64,000 nt of DNA from Sphaerodactylus townsendi (taxonomy: Eukaryota): positions 18,538,001-18,602,000 of the forward strand of contig NC_059433.1 in assembly GCF_021028975.2 (NCBI RefSeq), in the 5' to 3' direction. This document shows, one piece after another, positions 35,724 to 48,446 of this stretch. The position numbers and the translations under genes were made by a program. Position 1 is the first letter of the stretch. Each line of letters opens with the position of its first letter. The notes below the pieces were generated by a model, which saw only the letters and a list, made by a program, of their open reading frames with translations, did not search any database and was not told where the DNA came from.

Positions 35724-36627
35724 ATCTATGTGATGACCAGCAGGCAGGCATTAGGCGGCCTCCAAACAGTGTTCGTCCTGCATTACTGAGCCGGATAGGG
35801 CAGCAAAGAAACCTGGGGAATCCCTTTCCCCACCATCTCTACAATCAACGTATTGGGCATTTCTACTTTTGCACAAACCAGTTTGGCTTCATACATCTAC
35901 ATTCCAAGTCTGCCTTTCCCCCTTTGTGGATCTAAACATCTACAACGCATCTTAAGGCAGAGATTTCTGGGGGGAAAATTTGGGAGGTAAACTGACCATA
36001 AATTGTACAAATGTGGCTGTACGGAAGAGGAAAAACTAAAGCCCAGCTGGGTGATGGCTGTGGCCTGGCCATTTCCCAGTGGCAAGATATTCTCTGCAAG
36101 ATATTATCCGTATGTGTGAACAAGCAATTTCTCTGCCGTTTTTGGCTAGCTACAAGTACAGCAATAGAACTATTTTTAAGGTCATTTTTGCTCCCAGGTG
36201 CTTGTTATTAACATGGATTGTGTGGCTTCAATAAAAATTAAGTTTTCAAGCGGCAAATAGAGATGATGTTCCACTCACTGGTCTAGTACAGAATCTTCCT
36301 CCTCGTGCCCATTTTGCAGTCTTCCCAAGACTGATGAGGAACCAGAGAATGATATATCCCAATAGCTTTGATTAGCTTAAATTAGCTGCTGCCGCAGCAC
36401 TTGCTCTGGGCCAATTTCACAATTGAGGAAAGCAGTTCTCAATGATACACATGAAACCGTTCTCAATCCACCCTGGGAACTCACTCTGAAAAAATTAATA
36501 GGGACTAACCAGGCCCAAATGCACAACTACTGTGCTAGCAGACAGATGTATGCTGCAAGGAGTGGCAGCATTACTTAAATAAGCTACGTGACATTTATTA
36601 CATCAGAACAAGCCCTTTGTTCTAGGA

Positions 36628-36775
36628 CAGGGGTAGGGAACCTGCGGCTCTCCAGATGTTCAGGAACTACAATTCCCATCAGCCCCTACCAGCATGGCCA
36701 ATTGGCCATGCTGGTAGGGGCTGATGGGAACTGTAGTTCCTGAACATCTGGAGAGCCGCAGGTTCCCTACCCCTG
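36628..36775. mobile_element. Palindromic hAT MITE, full-length 148 bp, near-perfect palindrome
   Basis: TIR CAGGGGTAGGGAACCTGCGGCTCTCC; centre GGCCAATTGGCC; perfect TSD TTCTAGGA. Confidence 0.92.
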
Positions 36776-37131
36776 TTCTAGGATATCAAAAGGAAGAGAA
36801 TCTTTCTTCTTTTGACAGACACCTCCACTGCTCACCTCAAAGGTAGACAAAGCATAACCAAGAGAATCTGCCAATGAATGGTCCTATCGCTTGGCCTCGC
36901 TCCCGTTGTGCTGGCAGGGGAAAGAAAGCAGCATTCTCCCACTAGTGACTAACTCAAAGCTTTTAAAGGGTACAGCCATTAGCCCCAAACGTTCACTCAG
37001 CATGCGGGGAGGGAATGAGAGTGTTGGTCCTGTCTCCAGCCTCTGCAGGATCACCTGCTTGTCCGCAATGGAGGAAGAAGCCTTGCAAATTCTCCCTCCC
37101 CGTGATCTGCAACGCTGACGTTGGACTGTTG

Positions 37132-37662
37132 GAGGACCTGCTAATGTTAACAGAGCAGGAGGTCTATGGGGCTATCAAGAAGAGACTTTTTGATAGAGAG
37201 TTTCAACAGATGCTAGAGGAAGCTAACAAAACCTGTTCCCCGATCTCTCTGGGAATACCTGTGATAGATTAATTGAGGCCCGGTGGTGTAGAGCAATCAC
37301 CTTAGCTAGCTGTAATGCCCTGCCTTCTTCCCTTAGCCTTGGACGCCACCTTGGAATTCCACATAAAGAAAGGAAATGCCTGTGTGGCATGGGTTCTGTG
37401 GAAACAGTATCTCATATGCTGTTGAATTGTCCTTTTTATGAGATAGGAAGAAGCACATAATCCCCTTCCTGCATGGAAGTGAAGGCATTACAGATAAACA
37501 GAAGGTTATATATCTTTTAAACAGCCACAACTACAAGCTGTTGGAAGCGGTGGCTAAATTTTTTAATGGTGTTATTTTAACTCGACAGAAGTTGTAAAGG
37601 CTGTTATTATCTTGCAATGTTAATGTTAAACTATTTATATGCCATCAAAGGTATTCGAAATC
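37132..37662 (+). mobile_element. 5'-truncated LINE 3' end with CCHC zinc knuckle (RTE-X-like)
   Basis: Frameshifted translation RAITLASCNALPS..GRHLGIPHKERKCLCGMGSVETVSHMLLNCPFY..LLEAVAKFF; flanked by direct repeat GACTGTTG (37124, 37663). Confidence 0.65.
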
Positions 37663-38130
37663 GACTGTTGATGATCATAGGGAGGGCGATTGGATGCCCC
37701 GGCAGAAAAGCAGGTGATCCAACAGAGGCAAGGGGCAGGGGCAGCGTGTTCACGCCCACTCTCCCTCCATGCACATTCAGAGACCACATGGAGTGGGAAC
37801 GTGTGCCCTGTGCAAGTATACATGGTAAACATCTTTATAAGCTAGGGATGGTCACAGTACAATGCCTGTTAGACAAACCCAGAGTAGCTCATTTGAACAA
37901 ACCCAGTGCAGCTTATTCAAAATCCTGCAATATTCAGCACAATTCCAAACAGAATGCAATGTTAGATTACACTGACTGCACATTACATGATGATTCAGTT
38001 TTGGAAGTCGATAAGTTGTATTCATCATCACATATTGAATAGCTTGTTAAGTAACATCCTAGTTACAGTACTGTGCAGCGTAGTGGTTCTTTACACATCG
38101 TCTGTTCCCATTTACCAAGTACCCAACATT

Positions 38131-38362
38131 GGCTTGGATCCAGCAATGCACAACTGGAAACATAAATCGACTTAGCACAACTGCATTTTCTTCCCCATTT
38201 ATTACAGCGCCCTGAAACAGACTGCACGGGATCTACGTGCAAGCAGAAACACGAGATGTGATAAGTCGGACTTAGCACAAATGACTACTGTAGCCCTTTT
38301 CTTGCATTTGCACTTCCGCAAGAGCTCCAGCGCATGCAGCAATTTTGCACTGGATCCAGGCC
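38131..38362. mobile_element. PIF/Harbinger-like MITE
   Basis: TIR GGCTTGGATCCAG / CTGGATCCAGGCC; 3-bp TSD ATT. Confidence 0.65.
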
Positions 38363-38817
38363 ATTAACCTTGAACACCCACCCCACAGCCTCCAGTAAAA
38401 AAACAGCATGTAAAAACGGTACAGATCCCAAGCATGTATTTAGCGATATCTTTGACCTGATCAGCCTGCTCCTTAATCCCCGGTTCGATTCTTATTCGCT
38501 GAGTGCCACATTTTAAGGGCCTAAGAGAGAAATCTAAATTGGATATGTTATCTTCAGGGTGGGGCAGGAAGACAATAATCTTCAGGGTGGGGCTGCCTAA
38601 AATCCCAAATCCCTCCCACATATCCCAAAATATTTCTGCATGCTCCCCAATTGTTCTAGGTAGGCCCTTTGGGAAGCATAATGGCGGCCGTAAAGAATCA
38701 CTACTTAAGAATCAGTGGCTTAACAATTCAGGTGGCTGTCCAAGGATGATGGACAAGATCTTCCATCAGCCAACAATCTGGTCTCATTAGTGCCCTGCAA
38801 AGTTCGTATCTCTAAGT

Positions 38818-38952
38818 CACAGGTGTCAAACTCACGGCCCTCCAGATGTTATGGGCTACAGTTCCCATCATCCCCTGCCAGCATGATGCTGGCAGGGGAT
38901 GATGGGATCTGTAGTCCATAACATCTGGAGGGCCACAAGTTTGACACCTGTG
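38818..38952. mobile_element. Palindromic hAT MITE
   Basis: TIR CACAGGTGTCAAACT; perfect TSD CTCTAAGT. Confidence 0.9.
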
Positions 38953-39272
38953 CTCTAAGTTATAACCTAAAAACCTTATTCATCATCCCACGACATCTTT
39001 TCATCCTCTTCCATTTATGTGTTCAGGTCTCTGGGATAGTTCCATGCCCCTTTCATTCCTCCAAACAACCAACATCATTCAATCATATAGTTTCCACATG
39101 TGCATCAAAGAATAATGCTTTAAAAAACTCACTCACTGATATGAGAACACTGGAGACCTCTCCAAGATAACTGGGTATCGAATTTTCTTATCTTAGCAAT
39201 GCATAAGGAAATGTGGCACATTAATCACTCTGCCCAAAGAGTAAAACTTAACACTATTGCCTTCCTAACTAT

Positions 39273-39275
<3 letters not shown>

Positions 39276-39306
<31 letters not shown>

Positions 39307-39320
39307 CACACACACACACA
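39276..39320. repeat. Compound (CT)n(CA)n microsatellite
   Basis: Directly visible. Confidence 0.9.
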
Positions 39321-40599
39321 TTTTTCAAAGGGGGGAGAGTGACAGTAGCAAGTATAAAGAGATCCAGATGAACACTAGTTTGAATTAGGCCTTACATTTT
39401 AATCCCTTTATTGAACTCAAATAGAGCCAAATTTCATAACTCCAAATAATTACAAAACAGCTGTACTGGACAGCTCCTGTATAAAAACAGAACAAGCAAA
39501 ATAGTCTCCCAAATACTTACAGCAATAGTTTCTAACAAACCAAAGAAACCACATATAGAAAATAAATACAATTTAAATCATCCCAGCAACTTGCAATGCC
39601 TTTTCCTCTCATTGTTAGTTATAACCAAATAGCAGGCACAATTCTTTTCTAGCGGCGGTTCATACTTGTGAGAAACTAGCATCCTACAACGCTACTTTCC
39701 GACGACTCCCTTCTGTTACTACACATCAGACCCTATGGAATATATTCAATCAGTCCCCTCACTCACCTCTTTTACTTACTTAAATCAGTAACGTCAAAAC
39801 ATTTTTTCAAGGTTGTTTCAGATCACCAGAATTAGTAACACTGAAGCGCACACCTACACACTTTATATCTCAAGCGTTTAATTTGTAAACGCAGCTGGAG
39901 GAAAGACAATGCTCCAGGTATACGACCGGAAACATTACAAAGGAATCCAGTGGACACTTTTTCATTTAACTTTTCAGAGCACAGCCAAGAACAGCAGATA
40001 CTAAAAATAGGCAGGATATTCCATTCCAAACTGTCTCTTCGTAATCTGAAAAGCATCCAGGATCTTACACACAGTCCTTGACATACTGGAAGATTATTAA
40101 ACCAATGCTTTGGTTTATCAGAGAAGTTTCCATTTTTTCCCTCCTGCAGGATGGGTACTAAAAAAATAACAATACTAAGGGTAGAGTTTCCACGAAGGAA
40201 ACAGCTGGGCTACAAAAATAAGTCTCAGCAGCTGGTTGGCTGCACCTGTGACCTGATGTGTTCTTCATTGTTGATACAAATGACAAAAGATATTCTTTAA
40301 TATTAAACAAGCCTGAAGTTCTCAGGAACAGAGACTTCCTTCCGCCATACGAAAGCCATTCCACGTGCAGCTCAGAAGTAACAGTTCTGACTTTTTCAGA
40401 GAGGCTATTTTGTTGGAAGAGGTGTTACAAGACATTTTGAGGCAGGCAAGAAGGGGCCTCACAATGTCAGCCTTCATGCTGGACCCATGGAACGGGCCAG
40501 TCCACTTTAATAGTGCCATGGTGGCATCAGCTGGAATGGGCAAGCACAAAGGAGCATGGGAAAAGCTTCATCCAGAGCCACTCTACAGATCTTCTACCC

Positions 40600-40675
40600 C
40601 AATTGGCCATGCTGGCAGGGGCTGATGGGAATTGTAGTCCATAACACCTGGAGTTCCAAAGGTTTGCCACCACTG
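40600..40675. mobile_element. Half palindromic hAT MITE (left arm deleted)
   Basis: Starts at palindrome centre CAATTGG, ends GGTTTGCCACCACTG; TSD TTCTACCC intact on both sides. Confidence 0.8.
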
Positions 40676-40744
40676 TTCTACCCCATTCCTTTCCCCTTCC
40701 CTTCCCCCAGTCAAGGTTCCTGCATGGAAAAAATGCTAATTTGT

Positions 40745-40888
40745 GGTGGAATCTCCTTCTTTAGAGGTTTTTAAACAGAGGCTGGATGGCCATCTGTTAG
40801 TAGTGCCTTGATTATGTGTTCCTGCATTGCAGGGAGCTGGAACTGATGGCCCTTGGGGTCTCTTCCAACTCTATGATTCTATGAGTCT
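40745..40888 (+). mobile_element. CR1 3' terminus
   Basis: TCTCCTTCTTTAGAGGTTTTTAAACAGAGGCTGGATGGCCATCTG..TTCCAACTCTATGATTCTATGA tail. Confidence 0.75.
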
Positions 40889-41006
40889 ATTTATTTAAAT
40901 ATTTCTATGCCCCCTTTCCACCCAGAGTCCCCAAGGTGGCAAACATTAAAACGTTTCAACTTAAAAACATCTGACACATTAAAACAACACTCAAAATAAA
41001 GTATAA

Positions 41007-41170
41007 ACTGGGCTGTTGTGTGGTTTCCGGGTCGTATGGCCGTGTTCTAGTAGCATTTTCTCCTGACGTTTTGCCTGCATCTGTGGCCGGCATCTTCAGA
41101 GGATCAGCCATACAGCCTGGAAACCACACAACACCCCAGTGATTCTGGCTGTGAAAGCCTTCGACAATAC
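41007..41170. mobile_element. Penelope-like element terminal repeat in inverted configuration
   Basis: Inverted arms (GTTGTGTGGTTTCCGGG..TATGGC / GCCATACAGCCTGGAAACCACACAAC); GTGAAAGCCTTCGACAATAC end; hammerhead-like motif on - strand. Confidence 0.7.
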
Positions 41171-42003
41171 AAAGCCTTCGACTACACATAGAATGGAAAA
41201 ATGGGAAAGTGCAGAAAAGGAAATGTAGAAACATTCTCTTTGCCAACATATTGTTAATCTAAAACTGTGTTTGTGAATTAGAAATCATAAGTGGGGGTTG
41301 AAAAAGTGTACATTTCATACTGCATCTATGCACCTGTTTTGCCTTAGGACGTACAGCAGACCATATGGCCTGACATACAGAATATATGATCTCAGTAGCT
41401 TCTCAGTGATAAGCCCTTTCCACACTTCTTGCTGAGCTCGGTCAAGAGTACCAGGTCCGCCTAGTCACTTACACGCAGTCATCAGCTACGCTTCCCACAG
41501 GCCAGCAATTTGTCCTGGAATTGTCAGGAAATCACTTAAGTGGACTTTGTAGTTTCTGATATCATGCACAGTGACATTTTACACACTATTTGCATCACAA
41601 CTACTACGTTTTACACATTACTGTGATAACTTAAAGCTGCTTAATGAAAGCTTTCAAGATCTTTCTTCAGGAGGTCCCGATTACACTGATACAAGTTTTG
41701 AATACCTTCAAAAAGCGTACAAAATTAAGAAGCAACTGCTGATTTAAACAGTATGGGTTCATTAAAAAAATTACCTACTTCACTTCTGGTTAGAATTCAA
41801 TTCTGAGTTGGATCTTTCTTTCCCTGAGACTCTGGATCCCTGTTATGGTCAGAGTAGACTAACCTAACTTGGTATAAGCCAGCATCACACGTTCACTGTC
41901 TATGACACATAATGTTTAATACAGAAAATGGCAAAAATAATTCATAGTCACTTGTAGCAGAGACTCTTGGCCAAGGTATTAAATCTCAAAATACTGCCTA
42001 GCA

Positions 42004-42425
42004 CAGGGGTAGGGAACCTTTAACACTCAAAGAGCCATTTGGACCCGTTTTCCATGGGAAAAGAAAACACTTGGAGCCGCAAATAATTTTTGACATTTAA
42101 AATAAAGATAACACTATATATATATAGGGTTTTTCCCCCTTTTACTCCGCTCATTCTGAGAAGCGCATGGATAGGCAGCAGGGCGGGCAAGGATGAAGCC
42201 GGTGGCTCGGCCTCGCCGGCCGCCGGGAAAGCACCCTCCCCGCTCCAACGGGGCGGGAGAGAGGGGAAGCCCGCAGCGTGGCCCAGCCGACCGTGGGCAG
42301 TTGGTGCGCCCGCCCTGCTGCCTGCAGGGCGGACAAGGATGGGGCCGGCGGCTTGGCTCGTGGAGCCACAGTGCAAGGGCAGAAGAGCCACATGCGGCTC
42401 TCGAGCCACAGGTTCCCTACCCCTG
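42004..42425. mobile_element. Non-autonomous hAT (Charlie-like) element with CpG-rich interior
   Basis: TIR CAGGGGTAGGGAACCT / AGGTTCCCTACCCCTG; perfect TSD GCCTAGCA. Confidence 0.9.
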
Positions 42426-45400
42426 GCCTAGCAGATGGCAAAGGCAACAGAGAACACAAGCAGTCATGTGTACAATGGCCAGAAATTTTAACCAACTGGA
42501 AAATATCCCCCTCCCCAGTATTTTGGGGGGGAAATTTAAAAATCCAGGGAACAACTGAAATCAAGCTTAATGTAACTGCTCTGTGTATAAGTTAGCATAT
42601 AATGTTTCCCCCAAAAAAATTCTCCCTCAATCTTTCTGTTTTTCCAATGGGCCTTCATATCTCCACACAAGGACCATAACTCTTATTAGGCCCCAGAGTA
42701 CTGACAATATCAGAGTCTGGATCCTGATAACAGTTAGAATACTTGAATTAGACTAGATTTCACAGGAAGAATGCAGAAGTAGACTGAATCAGTTATATCA
42801 GTTACTCAGAGAAACCTCCACTGGGAAAGGTATGACCCAAGACCACCCAGGTGTGAACGGCTTGGCATTTTAAATATTTTGGATTTAGGAAACTGACCAA
42901 TTCATGAACAAAGGTAAAAGCTATCTATACCGCTTTTGACATTTCAGTTTGTGCGTTTTGTTACGTCGTGTGTTTTTATTTTGGAAGCAGCTTCAGGCAA
43001 ATCTTCCTACGTTATTTATACCCTGCGTTCTTCAAAAACAAGCAAGCCAATGCTCTCAGGCTTCGGTTCTTTCTCCAGCTGTACATAAACCTAAAGAGGC
43101 TGAAAGAAATGAGTCTTGGGTGCTCTTCTGTCAAAAGCAGCCGCTCGCAACAGAATCAGCCACCCATGAGAGTCCAACGCTTCACTTACTGACTCATGAC
43201 AAACCCATTCATCCGACCACTGCACAGCCCCAGCCTGAGCTGTCAAAGAGCTGCACGTTCTTTCGTAATCAATATAAACAAGCCGGGCAATCTGGTTAAG
43301 AGGCCGTTTTCTCCACTGCCTGTCTGAGAAGACGATCTGCCCGGAAAAAAATCTTCCAACAGCAATTATGAAACCCACAACAGAACATACGTCTACGCTA
43401 GGCTTGCGATTCAGTACACTGAACCACAGAAAGACTCCCAGATATCCAAATCACCTGGGGCTGAAAAAGCCGAATAACATTACATTTTTTCAGCTTTTCA
43501 AATCTCCCTCCCCCGACATTTGCCAAGCCCACGTGGACTTGGGAGTCAGTAAAGGGGGGAAGGGAGATCTGTTCTCTGGTCATGTGGGAAGGGACAGAAA
43601 GATCTCAGAACCACATGGTGATCAGACACCCCCCCCCCCCCAATCATTTCCCAAGTTCCTGAGGGCTTGGGAAATGGCAACAGATGCGGTTCTCTCCCCT
43701 CACCATTTGCCAAGTCCCTGGACGGAGGATTTAAAAATTCAGGTTCAGATTTTTTTTACAGTAACAGCTGAATGACGGCAATGGTTTTTAAAAACAGCTA
43801 TTATTGACAGGAATAGCATTTTTATTGACCAAAAGTAAAATGATAAAATCTACCTAGAGAAGCTAGTGGTACAAAAGATACTGATGTGGGCATCATTATT
43901 TATCCATATAAATAAATACCGAGATTCTCCTATCAGAAAATCCACTTCCCTGTTTTAATTATCACACACCTGGTGCTCGGCATTCATTCACTGATAGCCA
44001 AAGCAGCACCTCTGTTCTTTGCAACAGAACATGTGCACGGCTTCATTGGTCTGTATAATTAACTTCCCCATAAAAGCATTCTGAGAAAGGGTCCTCAAGT
44101 ACAGAACTAATTTGCTTTTTCTCAGCCCAAATTAGGTGACCTACAGAGCAGGCAGAAAGCTGCACGTTTTCCCAGGCTTTTCATGAGAATCCGCAGAACT
44201 AATTGGGTCTCAGAGGTGGATAGAAAAGGGAAAGTTTGCTATCTCATCTACAGATACGTTTATCGTATCTGTCACATGGAGCATTTTAAAATTAATGTAC
44301 AGTGAATGTACTGTGGTTTACATTAAGTGTTATTAATGAATAATGGAACACTTGCAAATAAAAAAAACGAAGAGAAACTTTAGACTCATGCAAAATGAAA
44401 CGGGAGAACCTCGAGACAGTTCTGGCTTAGGTTTTTCCTTAAACTCTAAAATGTTCTGAATATCAAACCAAAAAGCACACAGACAAATTATGCTGACTAC
44501 TATCAATCAGGAGGGAATTGATTCATTATCTTCAAATGTATAACTAACTATCTAAGAAATCTGATCTCGAGTGGCGATCAGCATCCCGTTAAGTTGGCTA
44601 CTCTCCGCAAATTATGTTGACTATTCTGTAGACATAGTGCCAGTTTTTTAATACATTTTAACTATTCATGTTAACAGATTAGAACCTTTATAGCCTCTAG
44701 TCTTGAATTAGTTAGATATTTTCAGGCAAGGTACCAAATCTTTTTTTAAAAATGAAGTACAGGACACAGCAATCCCTGAAACTAATTGCGCAGCAGGATA
44801 GAATTCCCCTACCCCACCAGATGGGCTTGTGACGAAAGAAGCAGTGAAGGCAAGTGAAGACTTAGATCAGTTACTGAAAAGTAGTGGAACTGGTAAATTA
44901 AATATGCCCTTATTATTCTGGATTTCACCAGTCAGAGATTAAAGCTCCAAGCAAGGTAGTCTGGTTCACTCTCGAGGAGAATGGCCCTGCTTTTGCCACA
45001 GATCACACCTGCAATCACAAAAAGTTTCACAGAGCGAAGAGCATTTTCCTAGAGAGAGCAAGGACAAGGTTTTTCAACATCTGCGGGAAATCTGGATTGC
45101 GGATTATAGCAAAGTAATTATGAAAATTATGATGAAGAGAGACATCTCTGTTAAAAAGCTGGAAATCACTGAGAAGGCAACTTGTATGACTGTGGGGGAG
45201 AGGGAAGAGAGACGGACAAGGAGTTAGGAGGAACCACCACAAAGCTACAACAAGGGAGGGGAAGGCAGGAGACAGAAGGCCATATTGAGTGTCGGCTAAT
45301 GAGGGTACTTTGTTGTGAAAGGAACTCACAGCAAAGAGTTACGATGCAGCCACTATCAATTTCCCTTTCAGGGGCAAGAAACCTTTTGCAATTCAAAGCC

Positions 45401-46299
45401 AAGATGAGAGATAAGTGCTGGTGGAAATTCCGAAATCTGAGAACATGAGCCTGGAAGTATCTCTCTCCTGACTTCTTATTTGCAGTTTACTCAAAGGTGT
45501 ACAGTTTATCAGTGCTTAAGCAGTAGTTAAGTTATCCGTTGCTGCCGTCATTAGCTCATCCATAGGTTATGCACAAACCCTTTGTAGAGAATCATCTTGA
45601 TGAAGAAACTATCTTTGACAAGACTGTATATAAGCGTTCCAGTGTCATGTCACATCCAGAATCAAAACAAAGCCCTGATTTCATCTGAAGTGTAGGAGCC
45701 CCCCCCCCCCCCCACTCGCGGACATTAGATAAATGTAACTTATGTTAAAGACTAGTACCTTATTTTGAAGGATTGTCATATGTCCAAAGCCCTCATTTAC
45801 ACATGTTTTTGGGCATCACAAGTTCTTGTATGATTTTTTAAAACTTGGAATACTTTTATTTCTTTTGATCTGTACCAAGACAATTATCACGCACTTTTAC
45901 AGAATGGAGAACTTGCCCTTTTTGCAGAACTTGGGCCTTCAGTCTGAGGCCTTCAGGGCTCCCTTCAAAGAAGTTCCAGCCTAGGGATTGATTGTCCTGA
46001 GGAGCTCCAGGCGCTTGCATGTCTTCAGTTGCCTTCTTTTTATGGTAAAACCTCGAAGCAACCAAAAGGCCGTATGCAGCCCATCCGATATTCTTAGCAC
46101 AGCATTTTAGCCTGAACAGCTAAAATCATGCACATACAGACGAGTAAGATCCAGAAAATGGTAGCGGATGGATATACAAATCTACTTAGATCTTTATGTT
46201 GAACAGATTATAGATGGGTGGCAATCCAAGAGCAAACCTTTTGGGGTGAGGCACAACTATGATATCCTTTCCCCAGAGAGATTTGCATAACTATTTGGT

Positions 46300-46610
46300 G
46301 AGGCTGGCCGAGGATCTACCGCCCCCCACTGAGGCTGCCAGTTTTCCATCTTGGCAGGGCCTTGATTCCATCTTGGGCCCTGCCTTTCCCCTCCCAGCCT
46401 TTTTGATCGGGTGCCTGACTTTAATTTTGCTTGCTCTTAACTTTGTTATTTAAATTTTAAGAAACTGCTGCTGTGGAAATTTGTTTTAATGTGGTTAGTT
46501 TTAGTCATGTATTTTATGTGCTGTTATTGGAACAGCTGTATTGTGAGCCGCCTCGAGCCCTTTGGGTGGTGAGGCGGCCTATAAATCTAATAAATAATAA
46601 ATAATAATAA
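46300..46610 (+). mobile_element. L2-like LINE 3' end
   Basis: T-rich 3'UTR, TGTGAGCCGCCTCGAGCCC..GAGGCGGCC stem-loop, (TAA/TAAA)n tail. Confidence 0.7.
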
Positions 46611-46632
46611 CCCCCTCGATCACTGTCTTGAA

Positions 46633-46848
46633 CTGGCTTGCCAACTTCCAGGCGGTACCTGCTCTCCTGTTATTACAACTGATCTCCAGGAGAGCAAGAT
46701 CAGCTCCTCTGGAGAAAACAGCAGCTTTGGAAGGTGAACTGTATGACATCATATCCTGCTGAGGTCCCTCCCTTCCCCAAACCCCCACCCTCCCCAGGCT
46801 CCATCCTCCAAATCTCCAGGTATTTCCCAACCTAGAGCTGACAACCTT
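46633..46848. mobile_element. Degenerate hAT-Blackjack-like MITE
   Basis: GGCTTGCCAAC..GCTGACAACCT ends (TAGGGTTGCCA-type TIR); a related fragment lies near 8867..8912. Confidence 0.55.
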
Positions 46849-46964
46849 TCTAAGCCAAAGAGACCTTTCTTCCAATCCCAAGTAGACCCAGGTCACATGG
46901 TAGGCTGGAAACAGTCAAGAGGACCTGGCATCCCGCTGCTTATTTACAGAGAGATGCTGTAGCT

Positions 46965-47270
46965 CAGTGGTCCCCAACCTTTTCGAGCTTGTGGGCACAT
47001 TTGGAATTCTGACCAAGCATAAGTAGGTACAGCAACAAAATGGCTGCCACAAAATGGCTGCCACACGAGGTTCAGCCAGCTACAAAATGATGGCCACAGT
47101 TTAACTTCACTAACCATGTGCAGATCCTCAAGCTGCAGTGGCAGCAACATTTTAAAAAATCTGCACAGCCAATCAAATCTCCAATAATCAATTAGAAGCC
47201 CTGCTGGCCAAAAGGTCCCACCAACTTCCTAAAAATTCCAACTTCCATGGGCACCACACTGGAGACCCTC
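46965..47270 (+). mobile_element. Older hAT-like element, family B
   Basis: CAGTGGTCCCCAACCTTTT left end; AAAATGGCTGCC repeats. Confidence 0.65.
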
Positions 47271-47667
47271 ATCTAGAAGCTCCATTAAAAAAATGAGAGA
47301 AACTAATCAGGTCTGTTGTAGAATAAGGGTTAATATGAGAACACCCTGTATCTTGTAACAGCAGTAATACTGAACAAGGGTTTGTATTATCTCACCTTGC
47401 TGTGTTATGTACTCTTTTTAATATCAGTTTATTAAAGGATACTGGACATTCAGACAGCATGTTCAGTCTGAGTAAATTTAACAGTAACAGCTTCTTTTTA
47501 TTCAGGCCCTTTGCTTGTTGAAAGGTCATGTTGAATCATTCCTCTTCCGACTCTTTTCCAATATGTTCAAACATTAAAACATCCTTCTCCTCAGCATTTG
47601 CTTCTATATTTGCCTTCTCAAGTAGTCATCAGATCTGGTATAACTCTCCTATCCAGCACTAAATAAA

Positions 47668-48446
47668 GGCCCCTTTACACAAGTCACCTAAAACGTTTCC
47701 TGATCCCCACTTGACTACGATGTTTGCCCGCACTCACCCCCTCCAAACGTTTCATGGCCACCATGAGGGTTTTTTCCCTTGTTGGGGCTATTTGCAGAAA
47801 CGATGCTTCATAGAGGCTGGTTCTGCATGGGCCAAAAACAGCGGTGTGAAAATGGTGTGAAAACAGTATAAACCCTTTTACACCATTTTAAACCCTTTTA
47901 CACCATTTTCACACAGTTTTCACACTGCTGTTTTTGGCCCATGCGGAATCAGCCAGAGTCTTAGATTTACTATCGTGGGTTTACTCACAAGTAAATTTAC
48001 CCATGTGTAAGAGAAACTGAAAGAAGCAAATTGTTGGTTCGTGTAATTGTGGGTTTGCTCACAAGCAAATTTTACCTGTACAGAAGAGAAAATGCAAGGG
48101 GGAGAGAGGAGTGAGAGAACAGACAAAAATGATGGAAGTTGAAAGCAAAACAGCTCAGGGCCAGGAAAAAATGTCACTGAGGGAAAACTGAGTAGGGGAC
48201 AGAGGTGTGGAAAATGACAGCGGAAAAGATAGAACATTTTTAAAACGACTGCACAGTGAGAAAAGATAGCTTGAAAATGTTTCAAACAAAAGAATCATTA
48301 CAAAAGGGGTTTCAGAAAAAAACACTTTCAGGTTGGACAGAAAACATTTCCAAAACCAAAGAGAGAGAAAATAGTATGGCACTCTACAGAGGAAACATTT
48401 CATTTTATGCGTGGAAATGTTTTAAAAGTTGTGTGCAGTAAGGGCC
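47668..48446. mobile_element. Old Harbinger-like element hosting a younger Harbinger MITE
   Basis: Imperfect TIR GGCCCCTTTACACA..AAAACGTTTCC / GGAAATGTTTT..TGTGCAGTAAGGGCC; AAA on both sides. Confidence 0.45.
47815..47954. mobile_element. PIF/Harbinger-like MITE
   Basis: TIR GGCTGGTTCTGCATGGGCCAAAAACAGC / GCTGTTTTTGGCCCATGCGGAATCAGCC; TSD AGA. Confidence 0.8.

Noticed and set aside
42020-42595. CpG-island-like patch with overlapping ORFs, possible internal promoter
   Set aside because: Entirely explained by the hAT element 42004..42425 with a perfect TSD.
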